The position numbers and the translations under genes are program-made. DNA of 64,000 nt from a virus, in the IMG/VR virus record IMGVR_UViG_3300037258_001099, positions 72,991 through 136,990 of that record, one strand, 5' to 3'. Shown here in pieces: positions 18,797 to 28,450 of this stretch (its first letter is position 1; the number at the start of each line of letters is the position of its first letter). Under the pieces are notes generated by a model that saw nothing but the letters and a program-made list of their open reading frames with translations, searched no databases and was not told where the DNA came from.

Positions 18797-21700
18797 ATGG
18801 TCACTGAGAAAAGAACAATTCTAGACGGTATTCGCCAAAAGGTCTTTCTGGATCGCTACGCACTCAAAGATGCAGGGGGAAACCCCATCGAGGAGTATCC
18901 AGAAGAAATGTGGAGACGAGTTGCCTTCGCCATCGCATCCGTTGAGAAGACAAAGCCAGATCAAGACCTCTGGGAAAAGCGCTTCTACCATGCCATGGCT
19001 GATTTCAAATTTGTCCCTGGTGGCCGTATTCTCTCTGGTGCAGGAACTGGGTTTGATGTAACATGCTATAACTGCTATGTGATCGAAAGTCCTCATGACA
19101 GTCGTGAAGGTATTATCGATAATCTGAAGATCATGACCGAGATCATGGCACGTGGTGGTGGTGTTGGTATTAATCTCTCTACGCTGCGTCCACGCGGAAG
19201 TTATATCAAGACGGTCAATGGGACAGCATCGGGACCTTGCTCGTGGGCACAATTGTACTCGGTTGCCACAGGTGATGTGATCCAGCAAGGTGGCTGCTTT
19301 GGGCCGCATGTAGAAATTGAGACAGACCGTGGAGTGATCGCAGCAAGTGATCTTGCTGACCTGCTCGATAGTGGCGAGGATGTACAAGCACTTACCCATA
19401 AAGGATATCACCCCATTACGGCGGTTTTTCGCAATGGGAAAAAGAAACTCTTCCAGGTAAAAACCTATTCTGGCTTTGAAATTGAAGTCACAAAAGACCA
19501 TAAGATGGGCGTCCTTCGTGACGATACCATAACGACCGTTCCCCTTGAACATCTGCGCATCGGTAGCTCTATTCTTCGTTTCCGCAAAGAGTCGAGTACC
19601 TGCCACCCGACAAGCATCTCCTCTATCACGCCTATTGGCGAGCACGAGACCTTTGATTTTGAAGTTGCAGATGTGCATCTGCTTGTTGCTAACGGCCTCT
19701 ATACCTCAAACTCCAGGCGCGGCGCACTTATGCTGATGCTCAATGATAATCATCCTGATATTGAAGAGTTCATCACGGTCAAAAAGCAGAAGGGCATGAT
19801 TGAGCATGCGAACCTTTCTATCTGTGTCTCAGATTCGTTCATGAAGGCAGTTGAGCATGATGCTGACTGGAACCTCATCTGGGACGACAAAGTACAAAAG
19901 ACAGTGAAGGCTCGCTCACTCTGGGATCTCATCTGCACCTCGGCCTGGGAGTCAGCCGAACCAGGACTGGTATTTATGGAGCGGTGTAACGAGCAAAGCA
20001 ATACATGGTACTATGAAAAGATTAATTGTGTCAATCCATGTGTGGCTGGAGACACCCTTGTCTCTTGCTTCTACTCGATAGAGCCCATTCCTATCAAAGA
20101 GCTCGCAGAGAGAGGAAAAGATGTTCGGGTAGAGTGCTTTGACAAAGAGCGCGGTACGAGAGAAATACGCCTTGGGAGATCTCCACGTCTTACCCGCAAA
20201 GATGCGGAAGTCTGGAAGCTTACGCTTGATGATGGATCAGTCTTTCGAGCAACCCCTGACCATAAAATGCTGCTTGCAAACGGAGAAGAGCGCCAGCTTC
20301 AAGATCTTCAGGTAGATGATTACCTTGCTTCTTACGTTCGCAAAGAGGGAGTGTCGCCAACAACTAGGCAAGTTGCGGGCATTGTTCCTTATGGCAGAGA
20401 AGATGTCTACAACATTACTGTGGATGACTATCATACCGTTGCCTATATAACAAATGCAGAAAAGTATTCTGGCATCTTTGCCATGAATTGCGGCGAGCAG
20501 CCGTTAGGGGATTGGGGTGTATGTAATCTGGGAGCGATTAACTTAGCAGCTTTTGTAGAAGATGAGACCTTTGACTACACAGAGCTCAGATTAGTCACAA
20601 GAGAAGCAATGCGCTTCTTGGACAACGTGATTGACGCAACCACCTATTTTATTCCTGAGAACAAAGAAGCCCAGCTTGGTACCCGCCGTACGGGTCTTGG
20701 AACCATGGGTTTGGCCGACGCGCTGATTAAAATGCGTATCTCGTATGGGAGTCTAGAATCGCTCACTCTTATTGAATCTATCTATACCAACATTCGTAAC
20801 GTTGCCTATGAAACATCTGCGCACCTGGCAGGTGAAAAGGGAGCGTTTCCAAAGTATAGCTGGGGTGAGTATAAGCAAGGCTACTTTATTGAGCGGCTTC
20901 CTTCCCACATCCGAAGTGAGATCGCGGCAAACGGGATACGTAATGCAGTCCTGTTGACTCAGGCCCCTACAGGCACCACAAGTCTATTTGCGGGTGTCAG
21001 TTCTGGCATCGAACCTGTCTACGACTTTGCGATGATCCGGCGCGATCGTACAGGTGAGCATGTGATGTATCATCCACTGATGCAGAAGTGGCTTGACACC
21101 TGCTCTGAGAAAACACATGGATCACTTCCAAGCTACTTTGTCTCCTCAAAAGATCTCACCCCAGAACAACATGTGGCCGTACAAGCCAGGATACAGAAGT
21201 TTACCGACGCTTCCATTTCCAAAACTGTAAATGCTCCCAGTAATCATACTGTTGAACAAGTAAAAAAGCTTTATCAGCTTGCCTACAATGAGGGTTGTAA
21301 AGGTATTACTTACTACCGTGACGGCTCACGTGACGCGGTACTCACCCGTATTGCTGACGAGAAGATACTAGAAACGCCCCAGGTCGCGGAAATCTTTCAG
21401 AGAGATCGTCCAGAGATCGTCTATGGCTACACCAGGCAAATCCAGGCTCCTGAAGGCAAAGCTAATGTAACGATCAATAGTGATGAGGCAGGGCTTTTTG
21501 AGGTCTTCATAAATGTAGGGAAAGCAGGCTCGGATATCGCGGCACTATCGGAAGCACTAGGGCGGCTGATTTCCCTCAATCTTCAAATACCAAGCCTACT
21601 CTCCCCAGAGATGAAGACGATGGAGATCATCAAACAGTTACGTGGCATTGGTGGAAGCCGTACTGTTGGCTTTGGAACGCGCCAGGTGCGTTCCCTTCCT

Positions 21701-21907
21701 GATGCAGTAGCGCGTACCCTGGAGCTCCACAGCAGCCGTGTGAGCCAAGCAGAAAGCGCAGAGATTATCAGCGATGTTATTGCGTGCATGGGGTGCGCTG
21801 CTGAACCTATTCTCACTGGCAACCTCTGTCCTGAGTGTGGATGTGACAGCGTGGTCAGAGAAGAGGGATGCAAGAAGTGCCACATCTGTGGTTATAGTGA
21901 GTGCTAA
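18797..21907 (+). CDS. nrdJ: Class II (adenosylcobalamin-dependent) ribonucleotide reductase with two inteins
   Basis: PGGRIL, NCYV, GGGVG, RRGA, NP[intein]CGEQ, CNLG, APTGT, SSGIEP, SISKTVN, GCKGITYYRDGSR; C-terminal TSCPD-like domain and Zn ribbon. Confidence 0.95.
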   Translation: MVTEKRTILDGIRQKVFLDRYALKDAGGNPIEEYPEEMWRRVAFAIASVEKTKPDQDLWEKRFYHAMADFKFVPGGRILSGAGTGFDVTCYNCYVIESPHDSREGIIDNLKIMTEIMARGGGVGINLSTLRPRGSYIKTVNGTASGPCSWAQLYSVATGDVIQQGGCFGPHVEIETDRGVIAASDLADLLDSGEDVQALTHKGYHPITAVFRNGKKKLFQVKTYSGFEIEVTKDHKMGVLRDDTITTVPLEHLRIGSSILRFRKESSTCHPTSISSITPIGEHETFDFEVADVHLLVANGLYTSNSRRGALMLMLNDNHPDIEEFITVKKQKGMIEHANLSICVSDSFMKAVEHDADWNLIWDDKVQKTVKARSLWDLICTSAWESAEPGLVFMERCNEQSNTWYYEKINCVNPCVAGDTLVSCFYSIEPIPIKELAERGKDVRVECFDKERGTREIRLGRSPRLTRKDAEVWKLTLDDGSVFRATPDHKMLLANGEERQLQDLQVDDYLASYVRKEGVSPTTRQVAGIVPYGREDVYNITVDDYHTVAYITNAEKYSGIFAMNCGEQPLGDWGVCNLGAINLAAFVEDETFDYTELRLVTREAMRFLDNVIDATTYFIPENKEAQLGTRRTGLGTMGLADALIKMRISYGSLESLTLIESIYTNIRNVAYETSAHLAGEKGAFPKYSWGEYKQGYFIERLPSHIRSEIAANGIRNAVLLTQAPTGTTSLFAGVSSGIEPVYDFAMIRRDRTGEHVMYHPLMQKWLDTCSEKTHGSLPSYFVSSKDLTPEQHVAVQARIQKFTDASISKTVNAPSNHTVEQVKKLYQLAYNEGCKGITYYRDGSRDAVLTRIADEKILETPQVAEIFQRDRPEIVYGYTRQIQAPEGKANVTINSDEAGLFEVFINVGKAGSDIAALSEALGRLISLNLQIPSLLSPEMKTMEIIKQLRGIGGSRTVGFGTRQVRSLPDAVARTLELHSSRVSQAESAEIISDVIACMGCAAEPILTGNLCPECGCDSVVREEGCKKCHICGYSEC
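19295..19711 (+). mobile_element. Mini-intein 1 in NrdJ (139 aa, QGG|C...TSN|SRRGA)
   Basis: N-terminal Cys, block B TKDH, FDFEV block F, C-terminal Asn followed by Ser; too short for an endonuclease. Confidence 0.9.
20039..20488 (+). mobile_element. Mini-intein 2 in NrdJ (150 aa, NP|C...AMN|CGEQ)
   Basis: CVAGDT start, TPDH block B, DVYNITV block F, Asn before the catalytic Cys. Confidence 0.92.
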
Positions 21908-21908
21908 C

Positions 21909-22073
21909 ATGCCGCTAGAAGTTATCCGAGAACTCTTTGTGGTCCTTATTATGGGTGCCATCATTATCATTGCCATGCTTCTCTTTCTCGTTGTAGCGTG
22001 GAAACTCTTTGTGCTTATAAACAAGATAACCTGTGCAGCAATGGATAGGTTTCAGAAAAGGAATGTTCGATGA
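21909..22073 (+). CDS. Small membrane protein
   Basis: 54 aa with a long hydrophobic stretch; overlaps the next start (ATGA). Confidence 0.5.
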   Translation: MPLEVIRELFVVLIMGAIIIIAMLLFLVVAWKLFVLINKITCAAMDRFQKRNVR

Positions 22074-22291
22074 ACAGAGAAGAAAAAAGAAAAAAGATTA
22101 TCCATTCATTCACTTACCATAGTCCAAAAGGTGATCAGCAAGAGCGCTACCAGGCGCTACGAGAGAAGGGCCTAGAGCTTGCGCTTCTCATCTTTGACAC
22201 AACTCCAGAGTCTCTGGAGCAGGATCAAGCACAGATGCTTCTCAACCTGGCAGTAATGAGCGCCAACGCTTCTGTAGCAAGGAATGAATAG
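22070..22291 (+). CDS. Acb2/Tad1-like helical hairpin protein (putative immune-signal sponge)
   Basis: FTYHSP..Q.ERY..LRE....A..I...PES.E...A...L..AVMSANASVARNE pattern. Confidence 0.6.
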   Translation: MNREEKRKKIIHSFTYHSPKGDQQERYQALREKGLELALLIFDTTPESLEQDQAQMLLNLAVMSANASVARNE

Positions 22292-22665
22292 TGGCACCAC
22301 CAAGAAGAGCCGCTGATTCGGCAAGGTATAACGCTGTTATCGCCAGGCGCATTAAGAGCCAACGGATAGCAGTAGGTCTCACACAAGACGCGCTTGCAGA
22401 AAGGATTGATTATACGCGGGTCACGGTACATCATGTTGAGACAGGCAGACATGACGTTAGCATTTATTTGCTCTATAGACTATCCTCTGCCTTTGGCTGC
22501 TCCATCTATGATTTGCTGCCGGAGCATATTGAGGAAGAGCTGGAGAAGGAGAATGTCTACCATCTGGCAAGTATTCTCAACGTTGACGCAGACATTAATG
22601 AAGAGGATCTCTCTACTATCTTAGGGAAGATCAAAGGTCTCAAACCAAAAAGTCGAGAGGAGTGA
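22291..22665 (+). CDS. XRE/Cro-C1 family HTH regulator
   Basis: RIKSQRIAVGLTQDALAERIDYTRVTVHHVETG..VSIYLLYRLSSAFGCSIYDLL. Confidence 0.88.
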   Translation: MAPPRRAADSARYNAVIARRIKSQRIAVGLTQDALAERIDYTRVTVHHVETGRHDVSIYLLYRLSSAFGCSIYDLLPEHIEEELEKENVYHLASILNVDADINEEDLSTILGKIKGLKPKSREE

Positions 22666-22683
22666 TCTCTCGGCTTTCCTTTT

Positions 22684-23247
22684 CTATAGCTGAACGTAAC
22701 CTCGTTTCACATCATCAATGTCGGCGGGGTTCTCTTTAACATGAAGGTACCTATTAAGCGGGTCAATCCACCTGAACGCTGAGAGATTTTTTTCCTTAAT
22801 GTAGGCGCTTTCCCCTGTCTCGGGAAATCCTTGGACCTCGAATTGTAGATCCTTTTTCTCCATGCCAAGGGTGACCATTACTGATTTCATATAGCTAATC
22901 ACATGGGAGGCAGACATCCTCCCACTTTTGCCTGGGAAATGGATAGTAATATGCGTGACTTGTCCCTTCTCAGTCGATAGGTTGAGGCAGGTAAGCTCAC
23001 GTGCTTTTTGTGAGGTTGCAAAACGGATCTCAAAGGGAGAGCCTTGTTGCTCTTCGATCATATCCTCTAGATAGTAAGCCTGGAGCCTACTCTCTGACCT
23101 ATCCGGCCAAATCATATCGTTGTTTAGGCTGCCAAGAAGTGTCTCAATGCCAGGGAGTTGATACTGATCTGCAATTTTCTCGTAGATCAAGCTAAGCAGC
23201 AGGGGATATTTAAGAACGTTACTGATGGTAATCTGGGTGACGTACAT
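22684..23247 (-). CDS. Hypothetical protein
   Basis: 187-aa ORF with AAGGA RBS. Confidence 0.65.
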   Translation of the reverse strand: MYVTQITISNVLKYPLLLSLIYEKIADQYQLPGIETLLGSLNNDMIWPDRSESRLQAYYLEDMIEEQQGSPFEIRFATSQKARELTCLNLSTEKGQVTHITIHFPGKSGRMSASHVISYMKSVMVTLGMEKKDLQFEVQGFPETGESAYIKEKNLSAFRWIDPLNRYLHVKENPADIDDVKRGYVQL

Positions 23248-23273
23248 AGTTTCAATCCTTCTCTTCAGGTAAT

Positions 23274-23299
23274 AAAAAATGCCAGACTTTCATCTGGCA
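23274..23299 (-). terminator. Intrinsic terminator
   Basis: TGCCAGA-loop-TCTGGCA followed by T6 on the minus strand. Confidence 0.65.
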
Positions 23300-23457
23300 G
23301 AAGTACCCTCACGGGCTGTTTTAATCCCAACTGGGACGATAGTTCCAAGTGTTGTAGGCATGCTACAGAAAAGTTTCAATCGCTAGTGCGTTCTAGAGGA
23401 AGAATACCATGATGATCGGTACGTGTCAATGGGTTCCGATCATCATGGGACTTTTGC

Positions 23458-24471
23458 TTATCCAAAGATCTCATTAAAGAAATCATTTGCATCTTCAGAT
23501 GACTTTACTTCCTCTTCAAGATCTGTCTTTGTCGGCCAGCCATGCTTGGAATTGTTTTCCTCTCCAAGTGGCACCCATCCATGTTTTCGACTATCCTCTT
23601 TCCACTGCTCATCTGTTTGTCGTGGTCCTCGCTTACAAGAAGCGTTGCCGTATCCTATAACAGTTTCTTTAGCAGTATAGGACTCTATATCTCGAACTGG
23701 AATGCGGTAGTACTTGCTTGCAATATCGCGGTCATGATCACTTCCGCGATCACTTATATCAATAGGGGCTTCAGCTAACGCCATCTGAGTAAGCTTCTTC
23801 TCTCCAAATGTTTTCTGCGCCCATTTATAGAGATCGTCTCCATGACAACTACATCCTCGAACTATTGCAGTAAGGGCTTGAAATGCAAGTTTCCCTTCAC
23901 CTTTATAAACACCAATATACTCCTGCCATTGCTCTTGGTAGAGTTGGTCAGCAAGAGTAGATGGGACCCATCTTCGTATAGCGCTGCCATAGTGTTCTTC
24001 CCAGATATTATGGCCCTTATAAGAATAGGGATAAAAGCCCACACCAGTCCCCAGCGTTCCAGTTTTAAAACCCTGTCCTTGTGCGTCTTGCCGTTTTGTT
24101 GATCCCTTGAGCATGAGAGTGGTACAAACATACCCATCAAGAGCAGTCTTGATCCACTCTGACTCCCGATCTTTCTCAGCTTTCTCCTTATTTCGCTCCT
24201 GCTGGTACTCTTGATCCTTCTTCTCTTTCTCGGCTTTCTCTTCAGCATTCATAGCATCATAGAACGCCTTTGTAGGAAGAGGTCGATGCATGACTGTCCA
24301 GCCTACCTCGCTGTAGTAATAGCCTCCACGCTCTCTTGCTTGTGCTGACAGCTTGGCAATAATGGTAAAGGGGTAATCGTCATTGTCGGTAACTTTGACT
24401 TTCTGCACAAGTTCTTGGTCAACTGAGTCTAGACTTTCAAACCACTGGTCGTAGACTTGGTTACTATTCAT
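23458..24471 (-). CDS. Hypothetical protein
   Basis: 337-aa ORF, AGAAAGGAAAA RBS. Confidence 0.75.
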   Translation of the reverse strand: MNSNQVYDQWFESLDSVDQELVQKVKVTDNDDYPFTIIAKLSAQARERGGYYYSEVGWTVMHRPLPTKAFYDAMNAEEKAEKEKKDQEYQQERNKEKAEKDRESEWIKTALDGYVCTTLMLKGSTKRQDAQGQGFKTGTLGTGVGFYPYSYKGHNIWEEHYGSAIRRWVPSTLADQLYQEQWQEYIGVYKGEGKLAFQALTAIVRGCSCHGDDLYKWAQKTFGEKKLTQMALAEAPIDISDRGSDHDRDIASKYYRIPVRDIESYTAKETVIGYGNASCKRGPRQTDEQWKEDSRKHGWVPLGEENNSKHGWPTKTDLEEEVKSSEDANDFFNEIFG

Positions 24472-24562
24472 GGGTTTTCCTTTCTATTTAAAAGACTTCT
24501 GCCTCTAAGTATAAAGAGAAAACCCGCAGGGATTGCGGGAATTCTCATGAGTTTTTGCTAAT

Positions 24563-24760
24563 TTAGAGCTTTCCTTCATGCCTTCCGCATTTAGTCCTTA
24601 TACTTCCAGGGGGACACCAAAATGGACCGCCACATCCTGGGGCATTGCAGTATCGGGTCTCTCTCTTCTTAGTGCTATCCTTGAGTTTCCTCTCATGTTC
24701 CTGCTGTTTTGCTACTTTATCTCGTCGAAGTCTTTCTGTTTCTTGTGGGTCCTGGTACAT
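24563..24760 (-). CDS. Small Cys/His zinc-finger-like protein
   Basis: CNAPGC...C...KCGRH; GAGG RBS. Confidence 0.55.
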   Translation of the reverse strand: MYQDPQETERLRRDKVAKQQEHERKLKDSTKKRETRYCNAPGCGGPFWCPPGSIRTKCGRHEGKL

Positions 24761-24772
24761 ATATTTTCCTCT

Positions 24773-25090
24773 CTACTGCTCTAGTATAGTCCTGATAGCC
24801 TTACACTTTTCAGGACTTATCTCTCTCCAATCGATTTCTCGGAGATAGCTAACATTTTTATGATGCTCGATTGTTTCCCGTCTTTCTGAAGTGAGTGGAT
24901 AAAGCTCCGATCTACTAAAATGTCCTCCTTCTATTTTTCTCCCATCTTTTTTGTAGGTCTCTCCGTTCTCTAGGGTGATTCTCCCGCCAGGGGAGATCCT
25001 TTCGACCTTGACAATACGCCCTACTTCCCGAAATGTTATCTGCAAGTAGAGTTCATCTCCAGTCTTCACTTGGTCTTTCTCTTCTAACAA
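24773..25090 (-). CDS. Small beta-barrel hypothetical protein (paralog of 44101-44418)
   Basis: GD.L...DG....L...T.E.R..IE pattern shared with 44101-44418. Confidence 0.6.
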   Translation of the reverse strand: MLEEKDQVKTGDELYLQITFREVGRIVKVERISPGGRITLENGETYKKDGRKIEGGHFSRSELYPLTSERRETIEHHKNVSYLREIDWREISPEKCKAIRTILEQ

Positions 25091-25114
25091 AGTTTCTCCT
25101 TCCCAGCTATGCTG

Positions 25115-25654
25115 CTATTTTTTCAGGCTCTCGCAGACCCTGATCTTGCACCCTGTCTTCTCAGCAAGCGAGAGTACTGCCTCTCGTATTGGTTCCTCGT
25201 CGTCTACGAAACAAAGATACTCGATATTTAAAGCATAAATGAGTAGCTCTACTGCACCAGGCTTCCAGAGAGCTGTTTTAACAAACCTAAAAAAATCCAT
25301 GTCTTTGCAGTAGATATTTCCGTCAACAGGAAGATCATGTTTGCGTATCCACTTTCTTGTGGCATTAAGTAGATAACTAGGTCTACTGGTAAGGTAGCTG
25401 ATGCTATACCCGCTATTGCGTATAGCATAGATGCTCTCTCGTGCATTTGGAATAAGCTCGTCTTTTAGCACAAGCTCCTCTTTATAGAAGGTGTCCTTGT
25501 GATAAAAAACTTTCTTTTTAAGATCTTCCATCTCTTTCTCATCGAGATACGGCGCAGCACGATTTGTTACCATATAAGCTGTATCCTTGGCATATATCTC
25601 GCGCTTTGTGCAGTCTGCAACAACTCGGTCAATATCAATAATTGCTGTACCCAT
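25115..25654 (-). CDS. HAD-superfamily phosphatase (PNKP/5'-nucleotidase-like)
   Basis: Motif I IIDIDRVVAD, motif II LTSRP, motif III K, motif IV FVDDE. Confidence 0.78.
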   Translation of the reverse strand: MGTAIIDIDRVVADCTKREIYAKDTAYMVTNRAAPYLDEKEMEDLKKKVFYHKDTFYKEELVLKDELIPNARESIYAIRNSGYSISYLTSRPSYLLNATRKWIRKHDLPVDGNIYCKDMDFFRFVKTALWKPGAVELLIYALNIEYLCFVDDEEPIREAVLSLAEKTGCKIRVCESLKK

Positions 25655-25676
25655 CAGTCTTCTCCCTTTCCTTCTC

Positions 25677-26369
25677 CTAATTATCCAGGAATATTCCTGC
25701 TTTTGCGTCCTCCGCCGATTCGGCAAGGCGAGCTTCAATCTGGAGATTCATATCTTTTTTATCGTAGCGCTCTTGCTCAAGCTCCTTTGCTTTGCGCTGT
25801 GCCTCCTCTGCCTGATCCCTTGGGAATGGCTTGGGATGGATAAAGGAGACCTCCATGGTTGGGTTTCCCCATAGCTGCTCCTGCTGGCGGAAGTAGCAGA
25901 GGAAGTAGGCTGCATGTGGATGGTTCTTCTCAATACGCTCTCTCCAACGCTTTTGCTCTTCTTCTCTATCATGATGCTCACAAGACTGAGAAGATGGCTG
26001 GAAAGTAACAACTTTTGGCTCTGGTACTGGAGTAAGTACTCCATTTTCCCAGAAGAGCTTGCCACTTGGCATACTCCCATCATTATTACTTTCGTAAATG
26101 TGTAAATTTATCCCAACAAGGGAAAATTTGTAGGTTTTTCTATCCTGGACGTGACATGGCTCTATAAAGGCTGTAGCACATCCTGGGAGCACACGAGGAT
26201 GCCCAAGAGGAGGCGACCCCTCTTCTCCCTCAATGAAGTATCCTCCATCACGATCCTTGAGAATCTGTCGGAAGCTTTTTGCTGCAAAGTGGTCCTGTGC
26301 CCAGGAGAGATCTGAGAGGATACGATCGATAGCTTCTTTGAGTGTTGTATAAATTGGCGCTGGTTTCAT
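25677..26369 (-). CDS. Hypothetical protein
   Basis: 230-aa ORF, AGAAAGGAAA RBS. Confidence 0.65.
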   Translation of the reverse strand: MKPAPIYTTLKEAIDRILSDLSWAQDHFAAKSFRQILKDRDGGYFIEGEEGSPPLGHPRVLPGCATAFIEPCHVQDRKTYKFSLVGINLHIYESNNDGSMPSGKLFWENGVLTPVPEPKVVTFQPSSQSCEHHDREEEQKRWRERIEKNHPHAAYFLCYFRQQEQLWGNPTMEVSFIHPKPFPRDQAEEAQRKAKELEQERYDKKDMNLQIEARLAESAEDAKAGIFLDN

Positions 26370-26436
26370 ACGTTTCCTTTCTAATTGGGCTACGATTTCT
26401 CCATCATAGCCCAGACATCCGACAGCTCGCGTCGCA

Positions 26437-26661
26437 CTAAGACCGAGGCAATGCTGCCTGAATCTTTAGCCCACGAATGTAGCGCTCTCGATCTTCCAAG
26501 AGGACCCTAGCGAGGATATCTTCGTCAGGTATCTCAATAGGGTCATCCTCCAGACAGCATGCTTGCCTCTCAAGGATAGAGAGATCACGGCGGATGGCCT
26601 CATGTTTCTTTGCCGCCCATGCAGCGTCTTCAATTTCTTGTTCTGTAAATTGTTCTGTCAT
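26437..26661 (-). CDS. Hypothetical protein
   Basis: 74 aa, AAAGGGAAAA RBS. Confidence 0.6.
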   Translation of the reverse strand: MTEQFTEQEIEDAAWAAKKHEAIRRDLSILERQACCLEDDPIEIPDEDILARVLLEDRERYIRGLKIQAALPRS

Positions 26662-26675
26662 GGATTTTCCCTTTG

Positions 26676-27254
26676 CTAAACGAGGTGTAGTGGCATGCTA
26701 TCAAGACTATTTGGCTGATACTTTTTCACTAGACGCTCTGGAGCCCAAAGTATGCCAACCGATCCCCAGAATGTTGTTTTAACACCACTATGAATGCCCT
26801 TGTGATCACCAGCAAATGCAAGAATGGCATTTTTATTAATGCGATTCCATCCATGAATGTTCTCTATGTCATAGTCTTCTGGTCTTTTGTGGTTATTTGT
26901 CGTATAGACAAATCCGTATTTGTTTCCCAGATCCTCAACTGGCTGAAAATCATTATCAACTTTGATGCTCTCAATAAGTGCAAGAGCGTAAAGTCCTCCA
27001 ACTCTATTTTCTATGTCTACGGCATATCCAAGAGCTTCGGCCTCCTCCTTGGAATAGATCCAGTGTCGCCAGTAGCAGGCTGCAAGACGCAAATCGGCAG
27101 GATCTTTCCTTCTATTCATTTCCTGATACTCTTTAGGGATAGAGCGAAGGTATAAGTCTAGAGTGTCATCTGGAAGGCTTTGTAGCGCAGCTTTTCCCTT
27201 GTGGAGGTAGCGTGCGCTAAAAACAATTTCACTTGCTGGGATGTGATTGCTCAT
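26676..27254 (-). CDS. Hypothetical protein
   Basis: 192 aa, AGAAAGGAAA RBS. Confidence 0.7.
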   Translation of the reverse strand: MSNHIPASEIVFSARYLHKGKAALQSLPDDTLDLYLRSIPKEYQEMNRRKDPADLRLAACYWRHWIYSKEEAEALGYAVDIENRVGGLYALALIESIKVDNDFQPVEDLGNKYGFVYTTNNHKRPEDYDIENIHGWNRINKNAILAFAGDHKGIHSGVKTTFWGSVGILWAPERLVKKYQPNSLDSMPLHLV

Positions 27255-27329
27255 GAGTATTTCCTTTCTCTTGGGAATAAATCCCTATCTATTGGTATTT
27301 TACCAAATCGTCCGAGACAGAATCTGTCC

Positions 27330-27758
27330 CTACGAGAGCAATTCCTTTGTGTCGATCACATTAGGGAACGATTGGTGAGGATGGTCAGGGAAAACAATCC
27401 TGCCATACTCAATCTTTCGACTGTTATAAAAGTAGCGTGCCTGCCAGTAGACTCCTTCGTCGCTAAAACCAGTAGCATAGCTCCCAGGATTGATAACCCC
27501 GATAAGCTGATTGAGAACTTCATTGTCTTCAATCCAAAGCTCACCAGCAAAAATCTCTCTGTTGATATAGAGATCATCGCCTTGGGTTACGACACGAAAT
27601 CCAGCGGACTGTAGGATTCTCTTTACTCTCACAATAGGAATAAGCTTTCGATTTGATATCTCTTCCTGGTGAATTCGCTGTAGCACCGCAAGTGCTCGAT
27701 CCATCTGAGCCGCGAGAATGCAGAGCTCTGTGTACTTTGGAACAATAGTATCTGTCAT
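27330..27758 (-). CDS. Hypothetical protein
   Basis: GAGGT RBS before ATG 27758. Confidence 0.6.
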   Translation of the reverse strand: MTDTIVPKYTELCILAAQMDRALAVLQRIHQEEISNRKLIPIVRVKRILQSAGFRVVTQGDDLYINREIFAGELWIEDNEVLNQLIGVINPGSYATGFSDEGVYWQARYFYNSRKIEYGRIVFPDHPHQSFPNVIDTKELLS

Positions 27759-27760
27759 GA

Positions 27761-28249
27761 CTACCTCTTTCCTCTCTCCTGGCTGTACCAACGCTGATAC
27801 TCTCGCGCAAACTGGTCTCGCAGCTCTGGGCTGAGATCACCAAGCTCTGGGTCGTACCATGTTGGTATTTCTGCGTAGGTTTTTGCCAAGCGCTCTATGT
27901 CATAGGTCTTCTTGATAGAGAGGTGATAGGCCACATCATCCTCTGCCATCTTCCTTGCCTGATCAAGGGCAAAGACTTTTAGCTGGTCTTCCCAGCCTGC
28001 TGATGCTTGGTAGTATGCTTTTTGGTACCGAGCCACATAAACGTAATGAAACATTCGATAGTCGTTGGTAAGATCTTTGTGCGTTTCCTGCAAGCTTCTT
28101 GCGCGAGCCGATGCAAAATCGAATAGCTCCCGTTGATGAAACGTTACTCCCGATGTTTTGCTGTCGGCGTAGTCCTCACTTGCATCATCTGAGGCAAGTT
28201 GCTGAACTTCAAGTTCCGCTTCAGGGAGCGGATAAAGTGTGTTTGCCAT
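27761..28249 (-). CDS. Hypothetical protein
   Basis: AGAAAGGAAA RBS; extended -10 TGATACAAT upstream. Confidence 0.65.
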   Translation of the reverse strand: MANTLYPLPEAELEVQQLASDDASEDYADSKTSGVTFHQRELFDFASARARSLQETHKDLTNDYRMFHYVYVARYQKAYYQASAGWEDQLKVFALDQARKMAEDDVAYHLSIKKTYDIERLAKTYAEIPTWYDPELGDLSPELRDQFAREYQRWYSQERGKR

Positions 28250-28289
28250 GCTATATTTCCTTTCTGTTAATGGAATGATCCACTCATAT

Positions 28290-28450
28290 TGTATCACTAA
28301 TCGACTTTGTGACGTATCCCTGCCCGAAGGTAGAGACTCCTACGCTGTTTCCAACGTTAGACTCGTCCGGCCTAATAATTGCTTTTGCCCAAGTGTTAGG
28401 ATGTTCACGGCGGCATTTACATCTCTATCTAGTTCGCACCCACAGGCGCA
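28290..28450 (-). ncRNA. Predicted TnpB omega-RNA: scaffold ending in TCAC (28312-28309), guide starting AAAGTCGATTAGTG
   Basis: IS200/IS605-type right-end hairpin TCTCTACC-TTCG-GGCAGGGA followed by TACGTCAC just after the tnpB stop; 5' boundary approximate. Confidence 0.6.

Noticed and set aside
18821-19678. 285-aa antisense ORF in nrdJ
   Set aside because: Fully overlaps a conserved gene; no protein motifs
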